Under the pieces are notes generated by a model. The model ran no database searches and was not told the origin of the DNA. It saw only the letters and a program-made list of their open reading frames with translations. A stretch of DNA of 51,835 bases, from NCBI RefSeq assembly GCF_006345805.1, contig NW_021833984.1, positions 1 to 51,835 of the forward strand. Reading direction: 5' to 3'. Source of the DNA: Octopus sinensis. Taxonomy: Eukaryota. Positions 1-12,699 of the stretch are shown piece after piece (the first letter of the stretch is position 1; each line of letters begins with the position of its first letter). Position numbers and translations under genes: made by a program.

Positions 1-167
1 CTACAATCTCCAGGTCGGAACCTTGCGAACCACTTCCGTACAGTTCTTTCGGATAAAGAAACATCTCCGTAAACTGCGCATATTTCTTTGGTTGCTTGTG
101 AAGCATTTTTCCCTTTACGGAGAAAGAGAAGCATCAAGTGCCCAAAATGAACTTTCTTATCTTCCAT
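1..167 (-). CDS. Mariner transposase N-terminal HTH domain (partial, open to window edge)
   Basis: Hand translation MEDKKVHFGHLMLLFLRKGKNASQATKEICAVYGDVSLSERTVRKWFARFRPGDC matches the Mos1-type N-terminus (KGKNA..A..EI..VYG...SERTVRKWF.RF). Not in the ORF track. Confidence 0.85.
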   Translation of the reverse strand, partial: MEDKKVHFGHLMLLFLRKGKNASQATKEICAVYGDVSLSERTVRKWFARFRPGDC

Positions 168-348
168 TTTAAAGGGTTACAGAATTAACACGGGTTATAG
201 GAACATAAATCTTTTTCCACGATAAGATAGCTTAAACTGTGCTCTAAATGGAGGTGTAGTCAAATCCTACTTTATGGACTCAAACATGTTAAAAAATAAA
301 TCGAAATGTAAGCTACTATAAATCGGAATAAGCTTTCCGGACAACCAA
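1..348 (-). mobile_element. Mariner (Tc1/mariner) transposon, 5' end, running off the window edge
   Basis: TIR TTGGTTGTCCGGAAAGCTTATTCCGATTT begins at 348 on the minus strand next to a TA at 349-350, and the transposase ORF starts at 167. Confidence 0.9.
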
Positions 349-769
349 TATATATATAATTTTTAATACTTGATTTTTTGTTCAGTTCTAATTAAACAAT
401 TTTACATTATTCTGATGGGTATTCAATACATTTAGTAGAGTACAAATTTATTATGTTCCAACAAGGATAGTACTGACAATGACCTCAAAGTTTCGCCCAG
501 TTAAGCCATTGTCGGACAGTGAAGCATTTCACTTAATCTTAGCTTCATGAGGTCCCTGTTGCAATAAAAAAATTTCCCGCGGGTCGATAGAGTTCAGTAG
601 AATGGTAATTAGATTTGTAGGGTAGGTTGTAGTAGCGAGGTGTTATGGAGACAATTTTTATTGAATAAATTTGGCGTTATGAATTCATCCATGCGAGTAG
701 AACTATGTAAACAAGTGTGTCTCTTCAGGTATGTCAGCTTCAGGTCATGGCATTGTTTTTTAGTAGTTC

Positions 770-784
770 ATAAAAGAATGTATA

Positions 785-862
<78 letters not shown>

Positions 863-934
863 TTATATACGTATGTATATATGTCTGTGTGTATATATAT
901 ATATATTATATATATATGTACGTATAAATATATG

Positions 935-965
<31 letters not shown>

Positions 966-1060
966 GCGTGTGTGTGTATGTATGTATGTATATTTTTATA
1001 TATGTATATATAAGTGTGTGCGTGTGTGTGTATGTGTGTGTGCATGCGTGCGTGTGTGTG
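770..1060. repeat. Compound microsatellite (TA)n/(TAGA)n/(TG)n
   Basis: Direct inspection. Confidence 0.95.
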
Positions 1061-1074
1061 AATGCCTTTGCGCT

Positions 1075-1325
1075 TATGTTTCTGTCCCTCTGCCACCCCC
1101 ACCCCTCCACCCCACCCCCACCGTTTGACAACTACTGTTCGCTTGTTTACATCCCTGCAATTGAGCGGTTCATTAAAAGAGGCCGCTAAGATAAGTACAA
1201 CACATTAAAAAAAAAAAAAATTTTAACATTAGTATCGACCTATTCGACTACACCCTTCCAGGCGGTGCCCCACGATGGCCGTAGATCAATGACTTAAACA
1301 AATAAAAGGTGAAAGATAAAGCATG
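1075..1325 (+). mobile_element. Old diverged 3' half of SINE family B
   Basis: ttgacaac...gtttacatccc...gcggttc and tail ggcggtgcccc..atggcc match family B copies elsewhere in the window. Confidence 0.6.
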
Positions 1326-1384
1326 AAAGATAAAAGCTGAATGTTGTGATCAGTTTTAGGAGAAAAAACAAAAGTGACAAATCT

Positions 1385-1429
1385 CCGCCATTTTGTCCGT
1401 ATAATCTTGCATATTGCCGTAGAGTGAGT
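1385..1429 (+). promoter_or_regulatory. Candidate TSS region/non-coding first exon with YY1 motif and splice donor
   Basis: CCGCCATTTTG at 1385-1395, donor AGA|GTGAGT at 1424, E-box CACGTG at 1478-1483, in unique sequence. Confidence 0.4.
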
Positions 1430-1694
1430 AATAAATGGCATATTACAGAAGATTCGCTTTCGTTGTGACAGCTTGATCACGTGGCCAACACAAAACCAGA
1501 TTAATAATGTCGAACGTATCAATTTAGAGGCGAGAGACAGACGTGTTGAATGTCACAGGCTAGTTGCACTAAAGATGGAGGAAAACATTACAGTGGCGAA
1601 AAGGACTGATCCGTAGTTTTAAAATATTATCTCGAAATGGATGCAGATAGATATTAAATGCTAAATATACTTGTCTGGCGACTTTACTTATTTC

Positions 1695-1860
1695 GTGGTG
1701 GTGGGGTGGTGGTGGTGACGGTGGTGGTGGTGGTGGTGTGGTAGTGGTGGTGGTGGTGGCGGCGGTGGTGGCGGTGGTGGTGGTGGTGGTGTTGGTGGTG
1801 ACGGTAGTGGTGGTGGTAGTAGTAAATAATAACAACAACGAAAAAGAAAGAAAAAAGATA

Positions 1861-1898
<38 letters not shown>

Positions 1899-2290
1899 AG
1901 GATAGAAAGAAAGGATGAAAGAAAGAAAGGATGAAAGAAAGACAGGATGAAAGAAAGAAAGGAACGAAGGAACGAAGGAACGAAGGAAGAAACAAACACC
2001 CAACAAAAAGAGAGAAAAGATTAAGCAAGAAAAAAAGAAAGAGAATACGGAATGAAAAGAAGAAGAAATAAAGAAGAAGGAAGGAAAAAGAAAGAAAATA
2101 AGGAAAGAAACGAAATGAATGGATGAATGATGAAAGACAGAAGGAAGGAATGAGAATGAAGAAAGAAGGAAGAGAATGAGAAGAAAGAAAGAAAGAAAGA
2201 AAATAAAGAAAGAGGGAAGAAAGAAAGAAGAAAGAAAGAAAGAAAGAAAGAAGAAAGAAAGAAAGAAAGAAAAGAATAAAGAAAGAAATT
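1695..2290. repeat. (GGT)n followed by long (GAAA)n purine tract
   Basis: Direct inspection. Confidence 0.95.
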
Positions 2291-2414
2291 GGAGACACTA
2301 AGCCAAACATCACATTGAATAAAGCTTGAAAACATGTTTGGCAACAAAGTAAAGATATCCAGAAAAATTTAGAACGAGTTTCTGCTCTAATTTCTTGCAT
2401 TTTCCTTTATTGTA

Positions 2415-3100
2415 AAGCAACGAGTTTGGCAGAAGCGTTAGTCCGTCGCACAAAATGCTTAGCGACATTTCGACCGTCTTTACGCTTCGGTTTCAAATGC
2501 TGCCGGCGTCTACTTTGCCTTTCATCCTTTTCGGCGTCGATAAAACAAGTACCAGTTTATTACAGGGCTCGATGTAATCGACTGGCCCCGTCTCCCCCAA
2601 AATTTCACGCTTTGTGTCTTTAGTAGAAAGGTTATTGTTATAAGATGGCCGTAAGACGGCGATCTGGCAGAATCGCTGGCACGACGGGGGAAATGCTGAG
2701 GGCTCTTTCGTCCAGTTTTACGTTCTGAAAGGCAAATGCCGCAAAGGTCGACTTCGCCTTTCATTCTTTCCATTTGGGGTCGATAAGATAAGTACCGACT
2801 GAGTACTGGATTCGATGTTGTCTGCTTACCCCTCTCTTTAAAATTTCTAGCTTCGTGCCAAATATACTTTTCTACTCGAGGCGCAAAACCCGAAATCTTG
2901 GTGGGCCAGTCGATTATATTGACCTCAGTACGCAACTGGTACTTAATTTATCGACCCCGAAAGAATGAAAGACAAAGTCGACCTCGGCTGAATTTGAACT
3001 CAGAACGTAACGGCAGACGAAATACCTATTTCTTTACTACCCACAAGGGGCTAAACACAGAGAAGACAAAGAAGGACAGACAAACGGATTAAGTCGAATA
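2415..3100. mobile_element. Cluster of SINE family A copies (two +, one composite -)
   Basis: Head gctggcagaa..gttagc, B-box-like gttcaaat, central cctttcatcctttcggggtcgataa..agtaccag. Confidence 0.85.
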
Positions 3101-3289
3101 TATAGAGAGGTAGATAAACTGACAGACAGAAATGCGGACAGACAGAGAGATAGAACGATAGATAGAAAGATAACTGTCGCCGCTTGTATATGTTAAAGAG
3201 ATGGCAAAAAAATGAGATGTAATGGAGAAACTACAAAGGCTTTAATATCGAGAAAATATGCAACTGAAAGCCAAAGAGCCACAGCACAA

Positions 3290-4024
<735 letters not shown>

Positions 4025-4242
4025 ATACAATATATATGAATATAAAATATAAGCAAAACATAAGAACGTAAGTATGAATATACACACACACACATAGTAC
4101 TATATCTGCGGAGGCTTATGGCCTAGTGGTTAAAGTAGCGGACTCGCGGTCGAGGGATTGCGGGTTCGAATCTCAGACTGGGCGATGTGTGTATTTATGG
4201 GCAAAACATAAGAACGTAAGTATGAATATACACAAAACACAC

Positions 4243-4300
<58 letters not shown>

Positions 4301-4313
4301 TAGTCCTATATCT

Positions 4314-4601
4314 GTGAAGGTTAGAGCAGCGGACTTGCGGTCGAGGGATAGCGGGTTAGAATCTCAGACCGGGCGATGTGTGTGTTTATGAGTGAAACAC
4401 CTAAGCTCCACGCGGCTGCGGCAGAAGGTAATGGCGAACTTCTGCTGACTCTTTCGCCACAACTTTTTCTCACTCTTTCCTCCTGCATCTTGTAGCTCAC
4501 CTATGACGGACTGGCGTCCCGTCCAGGTGGGGAACCTATACGACAAGGAAGCCGGGAAACCGGCCCTTATGAGCCAGGCATGGCTCGAGAAGTAACAAAC
4601 A
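4314..4601 (+). mobile_element. SINE family C (tRNA head, V-domain-like 3' part) with 14-bp TSD
   Basis: TSD ATAGTCCTATATCT at 4300-4313 and 4602-4615. Body contains gacggactggcgtcccgtccaggtg. A partial head copy lies at about 4110-4200. Confidence 0.85.
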
Positions 4602-4714
4602 ATAGTCCTATATCTAAAAATATTTGTGTGTGTGTGTATATTAATATATATATATGCATACATGTATGTATGTGTATATATATATATATTTACACATACA
4701 CACACATACATAAG

Positions 4715-5080
4715 TGTGTGTATGGTAAGAAGCATGCTTCCTAACCACATGGTTCCGGGTTCAGTTCCACCGCGTATCACCTTGGGCAAAGGTCTTCTAC
4801 TATAGTCACAAGACAACCAAAACCGTGTGAGTGGATTTGGTAGACGGAAACTGAAAGAAGCCCGTCGTATATGTATGTGTGTGTGTGTTTGTCCCTCCAC
4901 CATCGCTTGACAACCGATGTTGGTGTGTTTAAGTCCGCGTAACTTAGCAGTTCGGCAAAAAAAACCACCGATAGAATAAGTCCTAGGCTTCCAAAGAATA
5001 AGTCCTGGGTGGGTGGAGTCGATATTTATTTTGTTTTTTTTACTAAAGTCGGTGCTCCAGCATGGCCGCAGTCAAACGAC
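4715..5080 (+). mobile_element. SINE family B (CORE-like, internal microsatellite)
   Basis: ggttccgggttcagt B-box, caccttgggcaa CORE-like segment, tail ggtgctccagcatggccgcagtcaaa. Confidence 0.9.
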
Positions 5081-5229
5081 TAGAACGCGTACAAGAAAGC
5101 AGAATACAAAAGAATACATATACGAATGGATATAAGCAGCAAGCCGCAATGCGAAGACAAACGGAAATTTTCGTCGTCTCTGATTGTGACTGTAAGTGAT
5201 AAAAGCACAGTTATTGCTAGAAATAAGAC

Positions 5230-5274
5230 TGTGTGTGTATATGTATGCGTGCCTGTACATACATACATACATAC

Positions 5275-5337
<63 letters not shown>

Positions 5338-5549
5338 GTGTGTGTGTGTGTGTATGTGTATGTATGTATGTATGTATATATATATATAAATGTATATATA
5401 TATATACATATATATATATACACATATATATATATAACAATATAATATGTAAGTATATGTATATATATATATATATATGTTTGTGTGTGTGTGTGTGTGT
5501 GTAAAAATATATGTATATATATAAATATATACACGCATATATATGTAAG

Positions 5550-5598
<49 letters not shown>

Positions 5599-5617
5599 AT
5601 TATATATATTATATATG

Positions 5618-5649
<32 letters not shown>

Positions 5650-5704
5650 TATGTATTTGTATACGTATATATATGTGCGTGTGTGTGTGAGTGTGTATAA
5701 ATAT

Positions 5705-5750
<46 letters not shown>

Positions 5751-5770
5751 GCACACACATATAACAATCA
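5230..5770. repeat. (TA)n/(TG)n/(TATG)n microsatellite
   Basis: Direct inspection. Confidence 0.95.
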
Positions 5771-6178
5771 TTTACATATGTATGCATAATGTATGTATAT
5801 TCTGGTCGTAGTATCTCTCCGCAGGATATTACATTCTCATAAGCCTTTCTTTCCCTTTATTTATTTGCCAATATAGATGTGTATATGTGTGTGTGCGTGT
5901 ATATATATATATCTATATATAATACATATGTGTGTTTGTATGTGCGTATGTACGTGTGTGTATTATGTTTCGTGATGTTTATGTAATTCCTATATGTGTT
6001 TAAGTGTGTGCCATTGTTCACAGTTGAGCGAAAGTCTATCTTGAAAGTATTTATAGCTGAAAGGAAGCGTGCAAGACTTACCGAATAATGGTAAATCTGT
6101 AAGAATAATTAAAAGCCGGCAAGATCTTGTCATATCTGCGAGGAACTTTAAAAGGACAGTTTGTTTACACAGATTTGA

Positions 6179-6368
6179 ATGGCGTCCTTTGGAAGTAGAT
6201 ATATAACCACATTTGATGATGCTTTCAAAAGACCGAATCCTCTTAAAAATTCTTCAGAAAAACCAGGAAAGTATTATTCCTCGGATGACATGACATCTGA
6301 AGAACAACAAATCTCAGTGCCGACATTACACAAATGCCAATTATCTCGAAATATTTCCAATAGAAAAT
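6179..6368 (+). CDS. Candidate first coding exon (MASFGSRYITTFDDAFKRPNPLKNSSEKPGKYY...NRK), unknown protein
   Basis: Acceptor tttgtttacacag at 6172, ATG at 6179, donor GTACGT at 6369, unique sequence. A competing minus-strand open frame with a GTAAGT donor overlaps it. Confidence 0.3.
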
Positions 6369-6599
6369 GTACGTTTTTATTGTTTTGTTTTAGCATTTCT
6401 TTAAAACGTGTGAAGAAGTTAACATTAAGAAAGAACTTGGGTGGGATTTTAGATGCTTGGAAGGTTAACACAAGGCATAGTGTCTATTAAATATGTGGTT
6501 TCCCATATATTGGCAAGTAATGTGTATGTATGAGTCTAAGTGGTATGCTCCTGTCGAGGCTAGACCGTGGCACACTTTCAGTGGTTTTTATTTTTGGTT

Positions 6600-6905
6600 G
6601 TTGTTGTTGTTTGTTCATTCTTGAGCCTGGCTCATAGGGCCGGTTTCCCGGTTTCCTTGGCGTATAAGTTCCCCACCTGGACGGGACGCTGGTCCGTCGC
6701 AGGTGAGCTGCAAGATGCAGGAAGAAAGAGTGAGAGAAAGTTGTGGCGAAAGAGTCAGCAGATGTTCGCCATTACCTTCTGCCGGAGCCGCACGGAGGTT
6801 AGGTGTTTCGCTCATAAACACACACATCGCCAGGTCTGAGATTCGAACCCGCGATCCCTCGACCGCGAGTCCGCTGCTCTAACCACTAGGCCATGTGCCT
6901 CCACA
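6600..6905 (-). mobile_element. SINE family C, near full length
   Basis: Reverse complement of 4314-4601 with an intact tRNA-like head. Confidence 0.9.
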
Positions 6906-7209
6906 CTTTATTTGTGGTAATTGAAGTAAATTCTCTTTATTATATTTAATCATCTTTGGCAAAGCCATGGACATTAGAAAACTAAGAATGGAACTTGTGT
7001 ACGATGCTTAATCAAAATATCCAAGACACATATCAGACATTGCAGTATAGAGTACACAAAAAACATGAGGTTGTCACGGTTGGATAAACCCGCTAAAACA
7101 TAACAACGATTCTTGTGAATTCAACCCAGTCTGTGAGGTTGCCTCAATTTATGGCTGAATTCACATTATTTATACTTTAATGTCTTCGAGAAAACCTTGG
7201 ATTAGGTGC

Positions 7210-7640
7210 AGGAATGGCTGTGCGCTGAGACGCTTGCTTTCTGAACACATGGTTTTCAGTTCGGTCCTGCAGCGCTGCACCTTGAACAAGTGTCTTCACT
7301 ACAGTCCCGGACCGACCGAAGCCCTGTAAGTGTATTTGGTAGATGGAAGCTCAAAGAAACCTGTCGTATATACATATGTGCGTGTGTGTATGTGCATGTG
7401 TATGTGCGTGTTTGTGTGCGTGTGTATGCGCGCGTACTTGTGTGTTTGTGTTTCTCCCCTACCACCAGGTGGTGTTGGTTTGTTTATGTCCCGGTAACTT
7501 AGCGGTTCAGCAAAAGAGACCGAATGTGTAAGCATCAGGTTTTGAAAAAATAACTACTGGGATCAAATATTTTCGACTGAAAAAAAAAAACCCTTCAAGG
7601 CGGCGCTCCAGCATTGCCGCAGTCCAAGGAGAAAACTGAA
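7210..7640 (+). mobile_element. SINE family B
   Basis: Head ggtgcaggaatggctgtg, internal (TG)n, tail ggcggcgctccagca. Confidence 0.9.
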
Positions 7641-7679
7641 CGATAATTCTTTTGTACTCTCGCCGCTTTAATAATAATC

Positions 7680-7714
<35 letters not shown>

Positions 7715-7715
<1 letters not shown>

Positions 7716-8410
7716 TTTTCTAATCTAGGCACAAGCCCTGAAATTTTGGGGGAGGGGACCAGTCGATTAGATCGACACCAGTACGCAACTGGTACTTAAT
7801 TTATCGATTCCCAAAGGATGAAAGGCAAAGTCGACCACGGTGGAATTTGAACTCAGAACGTAAAGTCAGACAAAATACCGCTAAGCGTTTCGCTAGACGT
7901 GGTAACATTTTTGCCAGCTCGCCGCTTTACTAAATATTCTTTTCTACCCTAGGCACAAGCCCTGAAATTTTGGGGGAGGGGGCCAGTCGATTAGATCGAT
8001 CCCAGTACTCAAATGGTACTTAATTTATCGATCTCCGAAATGATGAAAGGTAAAGTCGGCCTCGGCGGAATTTGAACTCACAACGTAAAGACAGATGAAA
8101 TACCGCTTAAGCATTTCGCCCGGCCTGCTAATGTTTCTTATTTCTTTATTGCCCACAAGGGGCTAAACATAGAGAGGACAGACAAGGACAGACAAACGGA
8201 TTAAGTCGATTAGATCGACTCTAGTGCGTAACTGGTACTTAATTTATCGACTCCGAAAGGATTTCGTCGTTCTGAGTTCAAATCCCGTTAAAGTGAACAT
8301 TCATCCTTTCGGGGTAGATAAGTGAAGTACCAGTTGAACACAGGTCGATGTAATCGACTGCTTCTTCCCCAGGATTTTCTGGCCTTGTGCCAAAATTTGA
8401 AACTGATATA
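7715..8410. mobile_element. Cluster of SINE family A copies
   Basis: Repeated gcaactggtacttaatttatcga...ggaatttgaactc units. Confidence 0.9.
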
Positions 8411-8412
8411 GA

Positions 8413-8760
8413 ATGAAGCAATATCAAAAAAAAAAAACGAAATTTAATATAACCGCAGGTGTTTCAATAAGTTCAAAACACGTAATAGACAGACATGAAA
8501 TAACATTATTGAAACAAGAAACAATGGAAAAAGCTTTATTATTTTGGATAGAAGATAAAAACCAAAAAAGAATTTCCTGCAGACAGGAATATTATGCCAT
8601 AAAATGTAATAAACATTTTTAATCAAATAAATATGACAAACCGAACATCTGATTAAATACCAGCTAAATTTTCTAGCAGTAAGGGTGGACTTCAGAAACA
8701 TTTATGATTGAAAGTTTTCGTATATCAAATTGCATGACGGAAGTGAATCAAGGAATGGAA
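8413..8760 (+). pseudogene. Decayed pogo/Tigger (CENP-B-like) transposase fragment
   Basis: MEKALLFWIEDKNQKRI and AKFSSSKGG resemble the Tigger HTH motifs (ME..L..WI.DQ.Q.RI; F.ASKGW), with stops and frameshifts. Confidence 0.7.
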
Positions 8761-8829
8761 AAACTACGTAGGAATTTATACCACAATTTGCTAAAACATC
8801 ACGAAGTTCTACATTCTTTAAAGCAAATA

Positions 8830-9235
8830 TTCTTCTCTACTCTAGGCACAAGGCTCGAAATTTTGGGTGAGTGGGCCAGTCGACTACATCGACCCCAGTA
8901 TGCAACTAGTACTTAATTCATCGATGCCGAAAGGATGAAAGGCAAATTCGACCTCGGCGGAATTTGAACTCAAAATGTAGCGGCAGACGAAATACCTATT
9001 TCTATTTCTTTACTACCCACAAAGGGCTAAACACAGAGGGGACAAACAAGGACAGACAAACGGATTAAGTCGATTATATCGACCTTAGTGCGTAACTGGT
9101 ACTTATTTAATCGACCCAAAAAGGACGCAAGGCAAAGTCGACCTCGGCGGAATTTGAACTCAGAACGTAGAGGCAGACGAAATACCGCTAAGTATTTCGC
9201 CCGGCGTGCTAACGTTTCTGCCAGCTCGCCACCTT
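8830..9235 (-). mobile_element. SINE family A dimer
   Basis: Two units joined at gaaatac|ctatttc. Confidence 0.9.
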
Positions 9236-9269
9236 CCTTTAAATCCATTGTTATCTAATGCTGACGAAA

Positions 9270-10324
9270 TACCATACTTTTCCGGTGTAAAGGTCGATGT
9301 AATTTATATGTCGTAGATTTTTTTCGATAAAAACGTATCGATGTCTAAGTCTATATTCATGGTATAAGTCGATCTTCTTTCTCCCGAATAGTTATTCCAA
9401 CAGACCTTTCTTTGTAGCACCTTAGGCAAGTGTCTTTTACTATAGCCTCGAGCCAACCAAAGCCTTGTGAGTGGATTTGGTAGACGGAAACTGAAAGAAG
9501 CCCGTCGTATATATATATATATATGTATATATGTGTGTGTTTTTATGTGTCTGTGTTTATCCACCCCAACATCGCTTGACAACTTAGCGGTTCGGCCAAA
9601 GAGACCGATAGAATAAGTACTAGGCTTACAGAGAATAAGTCATGGGGTCGATTTGTTCGACTAAAGGCGGTGCTCCAGCATGGCCGCAGTCAAATGATCG
9701 AAACAAGTAAAAGAGAATGAAAAAGAATAAAAGAGGGGAAATGGAGGATTTTACAACTGGATAAAAAAAAACGGGAAATAAAAAAAATAATGATTAATTA
9801 CTTCAAATTTTATTTTTATTATTCACCTGTATTTACGATTATAATCGCACATCAATGTGAACACAAAGTATAAAGCGAATTAACGGGTAAATAAATTTTT
9901 GTTGTAAGCCGTCATGGCGGACCTGCGGTGTAAACATCGTCACTATCTTGCTAAAGGTGGCGAGTTGGCAGAAACGTTAGCACGCCGGGCGAAAAGCGGA
10001 GCCGTATTTCGTCTGGCATTACGTTCTGAGTTCAAATTCCGCCGAGGTCGACTCTACCTTTCATCCTTTCGAGGTCGATAAATTAAGTACCAGTTACGCA
10101 CTGGGGTCGATATAACCGACTTAATCCGTTTGTCTGTCCTTGTTTGTCCTCTCTATGTTTAGCCCCTTGTGGGTAGTAAAGAAATAACTATCTTGCTAAA
10201 TCCCGCTGCATTTCACATTGAGCTTTTGGTTCTCCAAAGTCGACTTCACATATAAGTCGACCTACTTTGTCTGGCAATAAATTTTGGCCTGAAAAATTTG
10301 GTTTGTTTTCTGAAAAATATCGCA
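9270..10324. mobile_element. pogo-like non-autonomous DNA element interrupted by SINE B (about 9415-9730) and SINE A (9956-10186)
   Basis: Left end taccatacttttccggtgtaaaggtcga, degenerate right end ...tctgaaaaatatcg. The nested SINE A has TSD ACTATCTTGCTAAA at 9942-9955 and 10187-10200. Confidence 0.55.
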
Positions 10325-10584
10325 GATTTACTCTGGAAGAATATACTAGGATTTGGTTGCAGTTTCTAAAACGTCCAACGCCTCTTGAAGATTTTGTGGT
10401 TACCGCGTTACTTTTAAGATCTGGGGAGTTTGTGACAAAGAACGTTTCGATAACCTACTCTGTGATATGTGGAACATCTGTCTACTACACAGTTCTATAT
10501 TTAAGAGATGATGAATTATGTACATTATTTACATTATTTACATTATTTACATTTGACGGATATTTGTCCTTATTTTGCTTGTTG

Positions 10585-10630
10585 TTAACACGTTTCGGCT
10601 GATATACCCTCCAGACTTCATCAGGTGTCT
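10585..10630 (-). ncRNA. Degenerate hammerhead motif (inverted partner copy)
   Basis: gacac CTGATGA a gtctg..cagcc GAAAcgt gtt has one stem II mismatch and a deletion at the cleavage site. Confidence 0.35.
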
Positions 10631-10678
10631 TGAGGAAATTTCGAACCCGGGTTCTCATCCTAAGGTATTTATAGATGT

Positions 10679-10746
<68 letters not shown>

Positions 10747-10804
10747 CAACAACAACATCGAAAAATACCTTAGGAATGAGAACCCGGGTACGAAATTTCC
10801 CCAA

Positions 10805-10850
10805 GACACCTGATGAAGGCTGGAGGGTATATCAGCCGAAATGTTGTGTT
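10805..10850 (+). ncRNA. Minimal type-I hammerhead ribozyme motif (PLE type)
   Basis: gacac CTGATGA a ggctg-gagggtatat-cagcc GAAA tgtt|gtgtt gives a 5-bp stem I, a 5-bp stem II and a GUU site. Confidence 0.6.
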
Positions 10851-11157
10851 AACAACAAACAAGATGAGGACAAATATCCGTCAAATGTAAATAATGTATC
10901 CATCTACTATGTTCTGAAATAATTTAGAACTGTCTGAATGATATTGAAACTCTCAGACTTTTCACCGAATTCCTTAACATTAACTATTTTCTTTCAAGTT
11001 CACGAGAAAGAATTTATTTACTTGGTTGGTTGACTTGCTTTAAATAGCAACTAACTTACCTCGAAATACATTACCATCTTACAAAATTTAATGAATGTTT
11101 CACCATACACTTTTATCAAATTGGGAAAAAATTTTTTTTTTAATGATTTACTTTATA

Positions 11158-11905
11158 CAGGCGCAGACGTGGATGTGTAGCAAGAAGCTTGCTTCCCAAC
11201 CACATGGTTCTGGGTTCCACAGTGTGACACTTTGAGCAAGTGTTCTTCTAGTATAGCCTTGAGCCTACTAAAAGTCCTGTGAGTGAATTTGGTAGACGAA
11301 AACTGAAAGAAGCCCATTGTGTATATATGTATATATGTATATATATAAAGGGAAAGTTTACGAAATAAACAAAAGACGAAGGCAGGTGGAGTACAAACAA
11401 ACAATATATATATATGTGTGTGTGTGTGTCTTTGTGTCTGTGTTTGTTCCCTCCTCCCCCATCACCGCTTAACAACCTATTTCTTTATTGCCCACAAGGG
11501 GCTAAACATAGAGGGGACAAACAAGGACAGACATAGGTATTAAGTCGATTACATCGACCCCAGTGCGTAACTGGTGCTTAATTTATCGACCCCGAAAGGA
11601 TGAAAGGCAAAGTCGACCTCGGCGGAGTTTGAACTCACAACGTAACGACAGACGAAATACGGCTACGCATTTCGCCCGGCGTGCTAACGTTTCTGCCAGC
11701 TTACTGCTTAACAATCGGCGCTGGTGTGGTTACGTCCCCGTAACTTACCAGTTTGGCAAAAGCACCCGATGGAATAAGTACAAGGCTTTAAAAAAGAATG
11801 ATAAGTCCTGGGGTCGATTTGTTCGACTAAAAAGAAAAACCCTTCGAGGTGGCACTCCAGCGTGGCCGCAGTCAAATGACTGGAACATGTAGAAGAATAA
11901 AAGAA
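11158..11905 (+). mobile_element. SINE family B with nested PLE-like fragment (about 11345-11405) and nested SINE A (-, about 11477-11700)
   Basis: The B head and tail are separated by inserts, and gcttaacaa is repeated on both sides of the A insert. Confidence 0.8.
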
Positions 11906-12699
11906 TAAACGAAATCACATATCGAAACGAAGTTACAGTCGCATGCAACCATAATGCTCCGAAGCTTTATTCAAGGAAATGGTTAAATTCTGTTGTCGAG
12001 CTGGTAATCAACTTCAATTGTCTTAATCGATATATAAAACATATGCAAAGCTGTAACAATAAATAATGTAGTCTTGTATGGGCTGTCTGAAAACATAATG
12101 GAAGGGCGATGGCTGAAACGATCAGATCTGATATGGGGCTAAATAATAACAGCAACAACAACAATTATAACAACAATAATGTAATGTATTTGTTTTGTGG
12201 TTTATTGTTATAATACTAAAATATTCTAAAATAAGGTTGTATATACTAAGATATTCCAAAATAGCTTGTTCAGTAGCCATAAAAGCCTAAATAACAGTCA
12301 ATCGATTTAAAATATATCTTTGAAAGGCAGACGGCGTGAAATGATTGCTAGCTGCCATGTAATAGAAACTCGATTCATAATTCAGCGATATTTAACTATT
12401 GATATGTAATATTTCGCCCATAGTCAATAAACTGGAGAGAAAGACCGAGAGAGAAAGAGAGAGAGGAGAGAGAGACACACAAACAGAGACAGACAGACAG
12501 ACAGACAGACAGAGACAGACAGACAGACAGACAGATAGATAGACAGACAGAGGGGTTGATTCAACTAGACTCATTTATCCTTGACATACTACTTAAAAAT
12601 GACGTTTTCTATGGCAAACCGTAGTACCATGAAGAGATAACAGACAATTATCTCTTAAAGCATGGGCTAGCTGGGCAATAGCCCGGAACCTCATAGTTA

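Larger units (their letters stand above)
10521..10898. mobile_element. Inverted pair of Penelope-like element ends around a (TAA)n tract
   Basis: Arms at about 10539-10671 and 10762-10898 are reverse complements, and each carries CTGATGA..GAAA. Confidence 0.75.

Noticed and set aside
621-728. Plus-strand exon VGCSSEVLWRQFLLNKFGVMNSSMRVELCKQVCLFR
   Set aside because: Splice signals are plausible, but no homology was recognised and no partner exon is supported, so it is left uncalled.
10325-10520. ORF RFTLEEYTRIWLQFLKRP...
   Set aside because: The acceptor lies within a transposon end, there is no good donor, and no family was recognised.
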